DNA of 63,983 nt, filler included, from Saprolegnia diclina VS20 (GCF_000281045.1; 3 parts of one record of this genome joined end to end with filler, not necessarily neighbours in it); one strand, 5' to 3'. Shown: positions 35,789 to 47,689, numbered from the whole stretch's first letter. Translations and numbers: made by a program. Notes: generated by a model from the sequence alone, not told the origin.

Positions 35789-37081
35789 CTACTTGACATC
35801 AAAGGTCAGGCGCAAGGTCCTCGGGCTCATCGCACGCAAGCGGTCTTGAGCAGCGCGCGAGAGCGTCTCGGCCAGGGCCACGTGCCGCAGCGCAGGCCGC
35901 TGCAGTAGGGCACCCAGAGCGTCGACGCCAGCGTCGTCGTACGCGTTGTAACGCAGGTCGAGCGTCGCCACCGCACACGGCAGCATCGCAGCAAGCGTCC
36001 ACAGGTCGTCGTTGCTCAGCATGGTAAAGTGCAATGTGAGTGCCACAAGGTCGGACTGTGGCGCCAGCGCTGCGAGCAAGAGAGCCACGCGCCCGGGGTA
36101 GTTGAGCAACAAATTCTTGGCGTGGAGCTGAAGGGTCCAAAGCTGCAGCTGGCCGAGGACCGATACAAACCGCCCAAACTCGTCGTCGTTCAAGCGCCCG
36201 TGGTCGAGCCACAGGTGGAGCGTCGAGAGCCGCTTCATGATGGGCAACCTCGACCAGAACGTCTCCAAATGGCGCCACGACACGTCGTTGAGGGCCAAAT
36301 GCTTCAGATGGGGCAGCTCCCGCGTCGTTCGCGCCAGCGCCGCCACCAGCGTATGGCTTTCTTGCAATGTCAGGCGCTGCAGAGACCGCGACGTCTGGAG
36401 CGCAGCACACAAAAAGTCGCCAGTCTCGGGCGTGACGTCGACACTGCGGAAGCTCACGTCACGCACGCTCTGTGCTGTGAGAACCTGTGCGATGGCAGCG
36501 ACCGTCGCCGTCGAGAGCACGTGTCCTCGCTGAAACGAAAAGCCCGTCGACTCGAGCCGCACTTGGCGCAGGCCATCGAGGAGCGGCTCGAGACACGGAG
36601 GTGAGCCGAGGCTGGTCCAGAGACACTCGAGTCGCAGGACACGGAGGCGTGGTAGCGTTTGGAGAAAGGAGGCAAAGGTTGAGATGGAAGAGGGTGTGTC
36701 CAGCACGATCTCGAGCTCGCACAGCGCCGACACGATGGCAACCGGGAGCGTATTATCCACGTGGCTTTTCTCGAGGCTCATGCGCAGACGCGTCGACGGA
36801 GGGATGTGCGGTGCCCAGAGCCCAAGGCCTTCAACGTCGAGCTCCACACATGGGTGACTGCGCATGGCGTCGCAGAGCAGCTTGCGCTGACGGTTGGATG
36901 CTACGGACGACAGCAACAGCCGCGGCCAGAGCGTCGACGCGGGCCTCATGGTGGCCAGCGCCACGAGGCTGCCAAGCGACGGACCGCGGTCGCCGGCTGG
37001 CAGTGCGTCGAGGAAGCTCAGAAAGTCGTCCGGCTCTTCAATGTAGCGCGCGACAACGAGCACGAGATCCTGGGGCAGCAT
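35789..37081 (-). CDS. LRR (RNI-like) protein of a Saprolegniales-type family
   Basis: MLPQDLVLVVARYI...FLSFLDALP...LWP N-terminus similar to the 24456 gene; LRRs LVALTLHFTML, TLDLRYNAY. Confidence 0.8.
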   Translation of the reverse strand: MLPQDLVLVVARYIEEPDDFLSFLDALPAGDRGPSLGSLVALATMRPASTLWPRLLLSSVASNRQRKLLCDAMRSHPCVELDVEGLGLWAPHIPPSTRLRMSLEKSHVDNTLPVAIVSALCELEIVLDTPSSISTFASFLQTLPRLRVLRLECLWTSLGSPPCLEPLLDGLRQVRLESTGFSFQRGHVLSTATVAAIAQVLTAQSVRDVSFRSVDVTPETGDFLCAALQTSRSLQRLTLQESHTLVAALARTTRELPHLKHLALNDVSWRHLETFWSRLPIMKRLSTLHLWLDHGRLNDDEFGRFVSVLGQLQLWTLQLHAKNLLLNYPGRVALLLAALAPQSDLVALTLHFTMLSNDDLWTLAAMLPCAVATLDLRYNAYDDAGVDALGALLQRPALRHVALAETLSRAAQDRLRAMSPRTLRLTFDVK

Positions 37082-37723
37082 CACCGGTGCGCTTCGGGCG
37101 TCTTCTTCGTCCTATCGTCATCGCCGCCACGTTCGTTTGCTATGCGACACGTTGAACCCATTTGACCTGTGCTGTTTTAAACTGTGTCGCCTTATACAGG
37201 ATATTTGTATGTGCAAAAAAATACTCGCCAACGATTGGCCTATTTCGAAACGCTGGCCCAGTACGTGGCACGCTCGCAGGACATTGCGACTTGCGCAGAA
37301 CTCGGACTGTTGCGATCCACAGTCATGCCAACGTTGGCAATTGTCTGGACCAGTGCTGACGCTTCAGTACTACATTGCAGAGCGACGCACTAGCTTAGGA
37401 GCAAGCAACTCTCAACATGGATCGCTCTGGCTTGAAACCCGAGCCGAGCCGACCCCAAAATATAGTAGAGCTCCGAGGGGTCAGCACCTGATCGCACGAA
37501 GAAGAGTACTCGTGTTTGAATGCGTGGTGATTCAAGCTCTATTTTCGATGCCAAAACTAATGTTTAGAGCCGTCAAAACTAGCCTCGTCTACAGCCACTA
37601 GTAGTGGCATCCACCGAGCATATATCTTACGGGCGTTGAGGGGTTAATGGACTAAGTGCATTTTACACACAAAGAGACTGGTGGTATTTCTTCTTTATCT
37701 TGTCTACGTACTACTGTCGTTGT

Positions 37724-39142
37724 TTAGTAGGCCATCGCGTTCTCAAACATAGCGCTGAGCTCCTCCTCGCCGGCAGGACGGGGCGAGAGCTTGGTCACAC
37801 GGTGCTGGGGAAGCGTGCCCTTGACAAGCATCGGGATGTCGTCCTTCGTGTAGCCGAGCGGCTCGAGGCCCAGCGGCACGTCGAGCGAGCTCATGAGGCG
37901 GAGCACTTCGTCGGCGAGGATCTCGCCGGCGGCCTCCTTGATCGCGGCCGCCGACATTTGCTCGTACTTGAAGACGCGGTCCGTGCCCCACGCAAGCGTC
38001 TTGGCGCACGTCATGTGGCGCTCCGGGTCGGCGCTGCCCGTGAAGCGGAAGACCGCAGGCGCCGTCACGACGACCGAGTGACCGTGCGGCACCATCGCGT
38101 GGTCGCAGTCGTACCCCGGCGGCACGTACTTGCGCACTTGAGCCGCGATCGGGTAGCTCATGCCGTGGCAAAGGTGGACACCGGCGTTGCCAAAGCCGAT
38201 ACCGGCCGACGTCGACGCGAGGATCATGGCCGAGCGCGCCTCGACGTCCGAGGGGTCGGCGACCGCGCGGCGAAGGTACTTGGTCGTCTGCTGGAGCGCG
38301 TGGAGCGACCAAATATCACTGATCGGGTTGGAGCCTTGGTACGCGGGGCGGAGGACCTATATCCCAAGGTATTGGATCAGACAAAGGGCAAACTCAGAAA
38401 GGCCACGTACCGGCGAGCCCGGGTGCGGGCGCTCTGTGAACGGCAAGGCCGTGTAACTCTCAATCGAGTGGCAGAGCACGTCAAAGCCAGAGTACTTGGC
38501 GACGTTGGGCGGCAAGGTTGCCGTGTTGTCCGGATCGACGATGCCGAGCGTCGGCTTGAGGCGGCGGCTGGCGACGCCCGTCTTGGCCTTGTGGCGCGTG
38601 TCGTCAAAAATTGCGACGCCCGTGGTTTCACTACCAGTCCCGGCGGTCGTCGGGATCGCAATGAACGGGAGGAGCGCGCCGGGCACAGGCAGGCCCTTGC
38701 CCACGGGCGGGTTGACATAGTCGTAAAAGTCCTCGGGCGGGAACATCGAGTAGAGGTTGGCGATTTTGGCCGTGTCGAGGACACTCCCGCCGCCGACGCC
38801 GACGATCGCATCGATCTTGGCCGGGTGGTTGAGCATGTAGTCGATCGCGTGCTTGAACGAGTGGTCGTTGGGCTCGACGCGCACTTGGTCGTACAAGTGC
38901 GCAATGATACCGTTCTGCGCCAGCGAGTCCATGACGACCTTGACGACCGGGAGTTCCTTGAGCTTCGGGTCCGTAAAGACCACGACGTTCTTGGCCTTCA
39001 TCTCCTTGAGGTCCATGCCCACCTCCTTCGTGACGCCGGTGCCGAACCGGATGCTCGAGGCTGCGAGCTCGCACGCCACGTCTTTGGCGGGCAGCGTCGA
39101 GAAGGCGCGGAGCGGGGCGCTGCGGGTCACGTGGCGAAGCAT
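37724..39142 (-). CDS. ADHFE1: Mitochondrial hydroxyacid-oxoacid transhydrogenase (Fe-ADH family; 2 exons)
   Basis: Mitochondrial presequence; ASSIRFG.GVTKEVG.D, GGGSVLDTAK, PTTAGTGSETT, GFDVLCHSIESYTA, GNAGVHLCHGMSY, PHG, LPQHRVTKL; INR-FPR TCACTTTTGCATT just upstream. Confidence 0.93.
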
Positions 39143-40185
39143 GGCGAATGCAAAAGTGACGACGTGGGGCCCGACGACGCCGACCCGCCCAACTTCAAGC
39201 CGCGATCAGATGCCCGAAGCTGCCTGCGCGCCATGTGATTGGCTCGTTTTTGGACCGCCACGTATCATACGATATGATTGGGTGCTGGACGCGGAGGCGC
39301 GTGATGGCATGTGCCAAAGCAAGGATCGCCGAGGAAGACACGTGGGCAGGACCGGCCACCGAGGGGTGCGTCGCACGGTCGTCAACGGGGCGCCACCTGA
39401 CGCGTCACGTATAAGACAGGGCATTTGTTGTCCGACCATGGCAAAACTTGGACCGGCAGACAAAAGAGGCCACGACCACAACGCGAGCGTACTGCGACGG
39501 GAAGTGAACTCGCTACTTTGCACTGGTGATAAGAATCGCGCGACGGACCAATGACAGCGGCGGTAGACACGAAGCTCGGGATCGCGACAGTGCACGGTAG
39601 CGAATGGCGTGTCCGCCCAATGCAGGGAAATGTACGTTGCTTGTACGAGGGAGTAGCGCGAGCAGGACGGTGCTAGCCTAGAGGCGCCGCATACCTTATG
39701 CTTGAGCAATGGCTTCGTCGCGACCGACCGCATTCGCCGAGCTACGTGTCGCGACCGACCTCGAGACTCTGCGCCAGCGTTGAATGGAACATCTAAACAA
39801 AATTGCGCTATGTTACGGTCCCCGAATAGAATAGCTATGGTCCACAAAACTGCCAGATCTGCGGCTGCTTGCACAAATAATTATGCGGACAATCGCTGGA
39901 AATACAGCAATAACAATATTTCGAGTCTAGTCTCTCCTCGACCACAAGTTCTTCGAGCATTTCCATCACGGCGTCACCAAGTGCCTACTCTAACTACAAC
40001 TCTTTCTTTATCATGCTATCAGCACGCAAAGTGTATTCTGACGGTCTAGATTGGCCTCTGGACTGAGAGTGTGAACGACTCGGACCATGGAACTGGTGTG
40101 TGATTGGCCAAAATGCATCGTTTGACGGCCATGAGTGCTGGTCGTCACTACTACGTCGCTGGAAAGGCAAAGTCGTTGCGGCGCG

Positions 40186-41269
40186 ATGACACGATCGGTC
40201 CTTGACATCGCTGACGTCTTTGTCACAATCTTCCAGTACGCGCCATCGCATCGAGACGTCATCTCGTTCCTTCGAGCGCTGCCGCCGGTCCTCGTGACGC
40301 CACCGCTGGCGGCGCTTCTCGAACTCCTACAACTGACGATGCGACGAACGCCGGCCCTATGCTGGCCGCGCCCATGCCTCAGTGCCGTGATCGAGGCCAA
40401 CATTGATCGATTTGTGTCGGCCATGCCCACTTTCACCTCGGTGTGCATCGATACCGTGTCGATCAGTCATCGCTGCCCCACGTACATAGAGGCCAGCGAG
40501 CGTACCGACGACGCTTTGCCTTTCTTTCGCTTCATCGTTCGCTGGGCCGCCAAGACAACGGACGTTGCCTTGGGGGCGTTGAGTGGTATACTCTGGCGGC
40601 GCTATCAGTAAGAGCTCCTCGACATGCTGCATCGATGCACGAATCTCGAGACTGCTCAGCTTCTGTTTACGCTCGACGTGCTTGCGGCCGTGTCTACGCC
40701 GGCCCACGGCTACCAAAATCTCCAGCTCCATCATATCTTCAACACACCAGAGGACTCGCTCGATGCTGTCGCGAGCGTCGAGCGCTGGTTTGCATCGGGA
40801 CGCGCGCGACATCTGGGCCTCATCGGCTTCTGTACACGGCACTCGCGCAGGCGTCGTCCACGCTTCATAGTCTTTGCGTCACAAACACGACCGCCATCGT
40901 GCAGAGCTTCATTGCGAATGGCGTTCCGTGGACACACCTCACGGTGCTCGTCGCACGTGATTGGGCCACGATACATTTCTGAACAAGAACCCCCACATCG
41001 TTCAAGACGCGCTGCGGCGCTGCGTTGCTGCCGGTGTGTGTCAAATCGTCTATGCACAGAGCGTTGTATTCAGTGCCGAGATGCTAACCAACGCCTTGCA
41101 AAGGGTCTGCGCTCCAAGGTCATGCACACTAAACGTCCACATCAAGCTGGAGACGATCAACGTTGTCCGGAGCTTGCTCTCGGCGCTCGCAACGTGCACC
41201 GAATTGATGCTCGACGTCCACGCGTATGGCTTGCATGCCTCGTTGCGAATGACGAGCTCGCTCCAATGA
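40186..41269 (+). pseudogene. Disrupted member of the LRR-like family
   Basis: N-terminus VLDIADVFVTIFQY...FLRALP..L..PLAALLEL...WP; in-frame TAA 40609-40611, then frame changes near 40830 and 40960. Confidence 0.55.
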
Positions 41270-41829
41270 CTATCATCCTCGTCGACTACTATTGTGAGCC
41301 GACGCCAGTTGGCCATTAATCATGACACGTTGATTGTCGCTCGATGATTGACATGCCAGTGACGCTCGTCAGCGAGGAAGCAAGTCTGAAATATAGAGGT
41401 CCCTCGGTGCTGGGAGTCGTCAATCGACAGGTCGTGATGAGCATTCACGAATGAAAAGGAGTGTTCCGATTCCACCTCGACTACTCGGAGTAGCTATGCT
41501 CACATAGCTCGTTTGAATTCCCCATTGAGCGGTTGCTCACTTCGTTGCGGCAAGCAAACGCAACGCGATCCTGTTGCCCATCGTTTGCCACTTTTGACGC
41601 TCCATTTCGACAAAATAGTGTGACATTGTCTATTAAGTAATCACACTATTAATTATTAATGGCATTTGCCTCGTCTAGAAGCACCCAATTTGAAGTGGAC
41701 CAAGCAACCCTCCAGGCGCATGGCTTTGTTCTCAGTCCACAAGTGGGCGTCATCGCGTCTACCTATATTATGTATATGTAGTACTGTGTAGAGGAGATGA
41801 CATTGCTGCCGTCTCTGGCACGCTGTGGC

Positions 41830-41929
41830 NNNNNNNNNNNNNNNNNNNNNNNNNNNNNNNNNNNNNNNNNNNNTTAATTAATTAANNNNNNNNNNNNNNN
41901 NNNNNNNNNNNNNNNNNNNNNNNNNNNNN
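41830..41929. other. Assembly gap with artificial six-frame-stop linker
   Basis: 44 N + TTAATTAATTAA + 44 N. Confidence 0.97.
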
Positions 41930-42829
41930 GCATACGTCGTCCGAGATGGCGGCCGGCACGATGAGCGTTTCCGGGTACGACTCGATGGCCGCGTAGCCGG
42001 AGTTGATGGACGTGCGGCGCCAAAGCGCGGCCTTATCGACACCGAGCCGGGCGTACTCGGTGTCGGCGTCATAGACGTCCCAGCCCGTCGAGAGCGGGAG
42101 GCAGTCGTCGAGCGTGCGTTCGTCGAGAGACGCGCCGTCGTCGACTGTCGCCCTCGGAAGGCGGTGGGCAAAGGCAAAGAGGTACGAGACGTCGTCCGGA
42201 AACGCGTACATGAGGAGGATCTCGTGAACCTTTTGAAGCACCGCGGCCTTCTCCGGAAACGTCAAGTGGAACCGGCGGTGGTCCTTGGTCGTGATCTTGA
42301 TCATGCTCGCCTTCTCGACCTTCTCGACGCGCGTGATGGCGCCGAGCGGGATCGTGCAGTACTCGTGCACGCGCCGGAGGCTGCGGAAGCGCCGCAAGAT
42401 GCTTTGGAACGCGGTCGCGTCTTCGTCGCCGCTGGACATGGACGGGTGGTAGTAAAACTGGAGGCGGTACGTTGTCATCATGAGGCGACCGGGCAGCGAG
42501 TACTCGGTCTGGTCGCGCGGCTGGTCGTCGTCGAGAACGGGTGGCGCACTCGTCGCGTCCGGCTCGGCCATGGTGCGCGCCACGACTTGGTCCTTGAGCA
42601 GGTTGAACGCGGTATTGAAGCGCGACTTCTTCTCGGCCGTGAGCACCGCGGCCTTGGCCGGGACCTTGGCCGGCGGCTTGCTCGTCGATGCGCCCGCAAA
42701 CGCGAACGCAAAGTCGCAGCGGATCTCGGCCATGACCTCGCGCTCGCCAAAGAGCTTGGCCATCGGCAGCGCCGCCATGTCCACGACGCTCGACCGCTGC
42801 TGCAGCACGGGGCTCGACCGGCTGCTCAT
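41930..42829 (-). CDS. Myotubularin-related protein, 5' part (PH-GRAM domain and start of the phosphatase domain; truncated by gap)
   Basis: GRLMMTTYRLQF, TKDHRRF, YLFAF, GWDVYD..EYARLGV, WRRTSIN..Y...SYPETLIVP. Confidence 0.85.
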
Positions 42830-43525
42830 GCTCCTTCGAAAGAATCCCTGCGTCAAGATCTGATTTTTAGGCTGTTTTCAAAAGAATCTTGTCTTTCGTA
42901 TGCGACTTGCAGTATTTTTAATCCGCGTTGCCCATATGGTCTCTTGTCGATGCGATCTGGCACCGTGAGGTCGACATCGTCGCCGGCGACGACCACGGCG
43001 GCCATGGGACCGCGCAGGCCATGGCGACCAGGGCGAAGCTTATGCAATGTCATGGTCACGGGTGGACGGCTCGCCATCGACCATAGCAGCGGCCATGACC
43101 CGCCACCGCGATGTGGGACCTCGGTCGTCGATCATCGCCGAGCGCCGCGGTCGATACCGGTTCGCTGCTTCCTTGGCACGACTGTCATGCGCGAAGCTCG
43201 CCGACAATACTGGCAGGAAGCTCGCCAGCTATACTACTGGCAGGAAGCGCGCCCTTGATGCTGGCAACGCATGCGTCGTGCATGCACGTCGACGACGTCG
43301 TTGGTCGCATCGATGCAAGCGCGGTGCAATGTACGGTCACCTATCGTCCATGATGATTCTGTTGGCGGAAGCTCCATCGTCCATGGCAGCGCGGTGAAGG
43401 TTGCTCGTTGAACGAACGTTATCAGACGCCGTCCGTCTGAGCTGTCGCTGGGGATCAGTACACCCATGCTGGTCTACTCTCTCGGATGCTACGATCGCCA
43501 TTTCCGATTTTACGACGCCACCAGC

Positions 43526-44152
43526 ATGCACAAGGCGACGCTCCTCCTCGTCTTCCTTCTCGGCCTCGTCATGGCGGTGCCGGCGCCCTTCGGGTCGCTC
43601 CTCGGTGTCACACACGGCAACACGAGCGTCTTCTCGTGCGACCACCCGCCCGAGGACAACCCCAACTACCACCCGCCCGGCACGGACGAGTCGAACGGAA
43701 CGTACACGGGTCTCCGGTGGCAGTGCGTCGAGCTCGCGCGCCGGTACCTCTTCATCAACCGCAACCTCCTCTTTGCCTCCGTCGATGGCGCCGTCGACAT
43801 CTTCAACCTCACGACCATCACGGACGTCGGCAATAACGTCTCGGTGCCGTTCGTTCCGCATGCCCAGGGGTCGGCAACGCCGCCTGTGCGTGGGTCCCTT
43901 CTCATCTACAAGGACGTGGGCAAGTACGCGCCGTGGGGCCATGTCGCCGTCGTCGTAGACGTGGAGAGCAGTCACATTGACATTGCCGAGCAAAACGTCG
44001 AAGACAGCGTGTGGCCGCCGGGCCAAGGCTACTCGCGTCGGCTCAACGTGACGCGGTCGAGTTCGTCGTTTACAGTCGGCAAGTATTATCGCGACGACAA
44101 CGAGGAAGTCGTGCTGGGGTGGATGACGGCGGCGTTGCACCCAGCGTGCTAG
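43526..44152 (+). CDS. Secreted CHAP-domain cysteine amidase (Gsp-amidase-like)
   Basis: Signal peptide MHKATLLLVFLLGLVMA; WQCVELARRY (catalytic Cys), WGHVAVV (His), IAEQN; intronless; INR/FPR CCATTTCCGATTTT at ~43498. Confidence 0.88.
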   Translation: MHKATLLLVFLLGLVMAVPAPFGSLLGVTHGNTSVFSCDHPPEDNPNYHPPGTDESNGTYTGLRWQCVELARRYLFINRNLLFASVDGAVDIFNLTTITDVGNNVSVPFVPHAQGSATPPVRGSLLIYKDVGKYAPWGHVAVVVDVESSHIDIAEQNVEDSVWPPGQGYSRRLNVTRSSSSFTVGKYYRDDNEEVVLGWMTAALHPAC

Positions 44153-44227
44153 TGCTATTATATATGAACGTGTTTCGCGTTATCTTCATAATTACACAAA
44201 GACTTCGCATACGTAGAGACTAGCAAT

Positions 44228-44610
44228 CTCCTTCTTCTTCATTCGCTCACCCGTCCGTCGCTGCCCAGGCGGCGGCGCGGGGGCTCGTCTGGCTCTTCTG
44301 TCGTCGTCCTACGACGCTTGTGGCCGCGGGTGAGGCCCGTGACGACACGTTCGGTCAAATCTTTCCAGGCGTCGCGGTCGGCGGCAAAGCTACGCAGTGT
44401 GTCAAGGTCCTCGGAAGACGCCAGCGACTGAGGCGGCATCAGCGACTGTCGCGGTGCAGGACGATCGGCAGCGTGATCTTGGTGCGTCCTAAGAAACGGG
44501 GCGCCTCGGATGGGGCAAAGAAGCGGTCCGCAGCCACGTTGGCCGGGACGTCTCGACCCAGTCGCAGCACGTGGCCTAGAAGGCGCCAACGTTGGCGGGC
44601 AACGCTATTA
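44228..44610 (-). mobile_element. 3' remnant of an RTE-clade non-LTR retrotransposon
   Basis: RWRLLGHVLR...GRTKITL..., frameshift, then ADRDAWKDL; the TGA is followed by a short (AGA)n tail. Confidence 0.65.
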
Positions 44611-44914
44611 GTGTATAAACGACAATACGACAACATAGTCGTTGGGAAGCGTGAAGTACGTTAACAATCAAACGACGTACTATGCAAGGAGCGTGTTGAC
44701 ATAGACCAACGGTGAAAACACCCCGTGCTTGAACATGAAAAATGGCGCCAAAAGAGGCGCGCAAGCAACCGGTTAGCGGCTGCTTGAGGTTGGGAGCATC
44801 CGGATGCGACGGCCGGATTCTCGACGATTCTCGATGCTGGTTCGCGATGCTGGTTCACCAATCAGCGGCCTGAACGAGTGGAAAGGCTTGTCGCGTTTTG
44901 GACGGCCGAGTCGC

Positions 44915-45085
44915 TTCTCTTTCGCCGTCCAATCAAACGACGCGTGGGTTATTTTAGCGTCGTGGATTGGCTACAAAATGCGGATTCTTGCCCAATGGTG
45001 GAGAATGTCGGTGTGTTCGGAGCCTGTTTTGGCCAATCGCTGGCGCCTGTGTCGTCTCTCGCACTTCTCACTTTGCAATTTGCTC
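44915..45085 (+). promoter_or_regulatory. CCAAT cluster plus INR/FPR core promoter
   Basis: CCAAT/ATTGG at ~44929, ~44966, ~44992 and ~45033; TCACTTTGCAATTTG at 45068-45082. Confidence 0.5.
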
Positions 45086-45996
45086 CCAAGAGCTCCAGCA
45101 GTCCTCAACTAGTCGACGCCCAAACGTAACCTTAACGATCTCTCGATGTCCCTCCAAGGCGTCTTGCCCGTCTTTTAACTCGGTGGAAACAACCGTCGCG
45201 TCGGCCATCCGACGTCAAGTGCAGTAGTAGTCAGTGTTTGCTCATGCCCGTTGCCCGGGTGCGCGTGACCACGTCGTTTTCGCATGAAAACCGCTTGCAC
45301 GCCTACTCGGTCGCTCGGGGTGCTGTTCGCAATCGCTTCATGTCCGCGTGTCTTGCATCATACGACCTCGCCACCGATGCCGGAGCATGCGGTCGGTCGC
45401 CCGCTTGCCGGTGGTGTGTCGTTCTCACGTTGGGTGTCCCAGTTTGTCGCGTGCATGACGCGGCGTCTCGTGACAGCGTGTGTGTTGTCGTTGAGTGTAT
45501 TTTCCCCAATTTTGCATCTCGCCGACTTGCTTTTGCCCGGTCGGCGAGTCTCGTGGACCGTGCCACGCCGCTATGCACGTGGCATCACAGCTATGTCGCA
45601 GTGCATCCGTCTTGTTGCGATTCCGCATGGTGTAATGAAGGCAGCGCTGCCACAGTTGTCGTCAGTGTCCACGCAGCGGTATGTCGGCAGACCAGTGTCG
45701 TCCGTCCTTGTTGCTCATACGGCGGTGATGCTGGTGTTCGACGCCCGGCGCTCAGGTGGTGGCCACCTTGCGTCCAAGCTTTGCCTCGATGGTTTGCATG
45801 CCCAAGAGGCGGTGCCGAGGTTGCAGTGGTCCAACGGTCACACCGCGGTCTTGATGCCCAAGACCCAGTTGACGAGGGGTGTAGTGTGGTCCAGGTGCTC
45901 GGGGCTCGTTGGTCCAGGCAAAGTTTTTCAAGAGTTCAAGATGCTCAAGACTCTTTGGTCAAGATTCGTCGGCCAATGTATTCAAGCTTCGTCGGG

Positions 45997-47005
45997 CAAG
46001 GTGGTCAAGGCTCTCGGTCAATGCTCGGTGGTCAATGTCGTCTCAGTGGTCAAGGTCGTCAAGGCTCGGTGGTCAAGGTGGTCAAGGGTCTCGGTGGTCA
46101 AGATGGTCAAGGCTCGGTGGTCAAGATGGTCAAGGCTCGGTGGTCAAGATGGTCAATGTCGTCTCGGTGGTCAAGGTCGTCAATGTCGTCTCGGTGGTCA
46201 AGGTCGTCAANNNNNNNNNNNNNNNNNNNNNNNNNNNNNNNNNNNNNNNNNNNNNNNNNNNNNNNNNNNNNNNNNNNNNNNNNNNNNNNNNNNNNNNNNN
46301 NNNNNNNNNNNNNNNNNNNNNNNNNNNNNNNNNNNNNNNNNNNNNNNNNNNNNNNNNNNNNNNNNNNNNNNNNNNNNNNNNNNNNNNNNNNNNNNNNNNN
46401 NNNNNNNNNNNNNNNNNNNNNNNNNNNNNNNNNNNNNNNNNNNNNNNNNNNNNNNNNNNNNNNNNNNNNNNNNNNNNNNNNNNNNNNNNNNNNNNNNNNN
46501 NNNNNNNNNNNNNNNNNNNNNNNNNNNNNNNNNNNNNNNNNNNNNNNNNNNNNNNNNNNNNNNNNNNNNNNNNNNNNNNNNNNNNNNNNNNNNNNNNNNN
46601 NNNNNNNNNNNNNNNNNNNNNNNNNTGGTCAAGATGGTCAATGTCGTCTCGGTGGTCGAGGCTCGGTGGTCATCTCGGTGGTCAAGGCTCGGTGGTCAAG
46701 GTGGTCAATGTCGTCTCGGTCGTCTCGGTGGTCAAGGCTCGGTGGTCAAGGCTCAGTGGTCATGGCTCGGTGGTCGTCTCGGTGGTCAAGGCTCGGTGAT
46801 CATCTCGGTGGTCAAGGCTCGGTGGTCAAGGTGGTCAAGGGTCTCGGTGGTCAAGGCTCGGTGGTCAAGGTCGTCAAGGCTCGGTGGTCAAGGCTCGGTG
46901 GTCATCTCGGTGGTCAAGGCTCGGTGGTCAAGGTGGTCAAGGCTCTCGGTGGTCAAGGCTCGGTGGTCCAGGTCGTTAATGCCCTCGGTGGTCAATGTGG
47001 TCAAT
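45997..47005 (+). repeat. Minisatellite of shuffled GGTGGTCAAGG / CTC / TCGTCTC units, spanning an N gap
   Basis: Dozens of CTCGGTGGTCAAGG (14-mer) and GTGGTCAAG (9-mer) units on both sides of gap 46211-46625. Confidence 0.92.
46211..46625. other. Sized scaffold gap (415 N) inside the minisatellite
   Basis: Run of N with no linker. Confidence 0.97.
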
Positions 47006-47689
47006 GCACTGTGGTCTTTGCGTCAAGATGGTGGTGTCTTGATCTTCAACTTTGTGTCTTGGCGATGGTTGCGGTATGCGCATCTTGCTTTCTCAGTCGA
47101 TTCTCTCGCGGTATCTCGGTCGTCTGGTGGTGTCGTCTGGTGTCGTCGGGTGTCGGTGGTGTCGTCTGGTGTCGTAGTATCTCAGCCGATCGATCGTGTA
47201 GCATACGCGCTCTGTAGCGAGGCAGGCGATAATGCAATGTATCTTATTCTGTGATCATTTTCGTATTTACAAGTCCCAAGCTTTAGTAGCACCGGGAAAT
47301 AATGCAACATCTTAGCATGGTGCCATAATACTTCACACATTACTATTGTCGGATCAAGGCGGCTCGCTGTTTGCCCAACGAGAGGCATATATCGATTTGC
47401 ATGAATGAATGGGCTTGTTGTTTTTTGTGTTAAATTGCACTGTATCACTGCGACCAAGCGGGATACGTAGTCAGTCTATCACGTCGGCGCTGCACCAAGT
47501 TGTTGAGAGACTAGGCAACCTGTTCGTCATTGTCTGCTGCCACAGCGCGTGTAGAAACCCTGCTCGCACATTTGCGCTTTATATTTCAAGCGCTGACATT
47601 GCTTGACCGAACTGCAACACTGCGCCGCTTCTGCAGTGTGGACACAACACTACCACCAGCGGCATCACAGCACAGGAGAACATTCACTC

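Noticed and set aside
43190..43255. Short imperfect tandem repeat (TACTGGCAGGAAGC) in intergenic DNA
   Set aside because: Only 2-3 copies; ordinary local slippage
45997..47005. Possible CRISPR-like or telomeric array
   Set aside because: No unique spacers, no cas genes, eukaryotic context; the unit is not the TTTAGGG/TTAGGG-type telomere repeat
45238..47254. 659-aa and 656-aa ORFs as protein genes
   Set aside because: Length is inflated by 415 N and a stop-poor repeat; not called as CDS
47450..47689. Host gene interrupted by the LINE
   Set aside because: Joining the flanks at the TSD gives only short unrecognisable frames; cannot be supported
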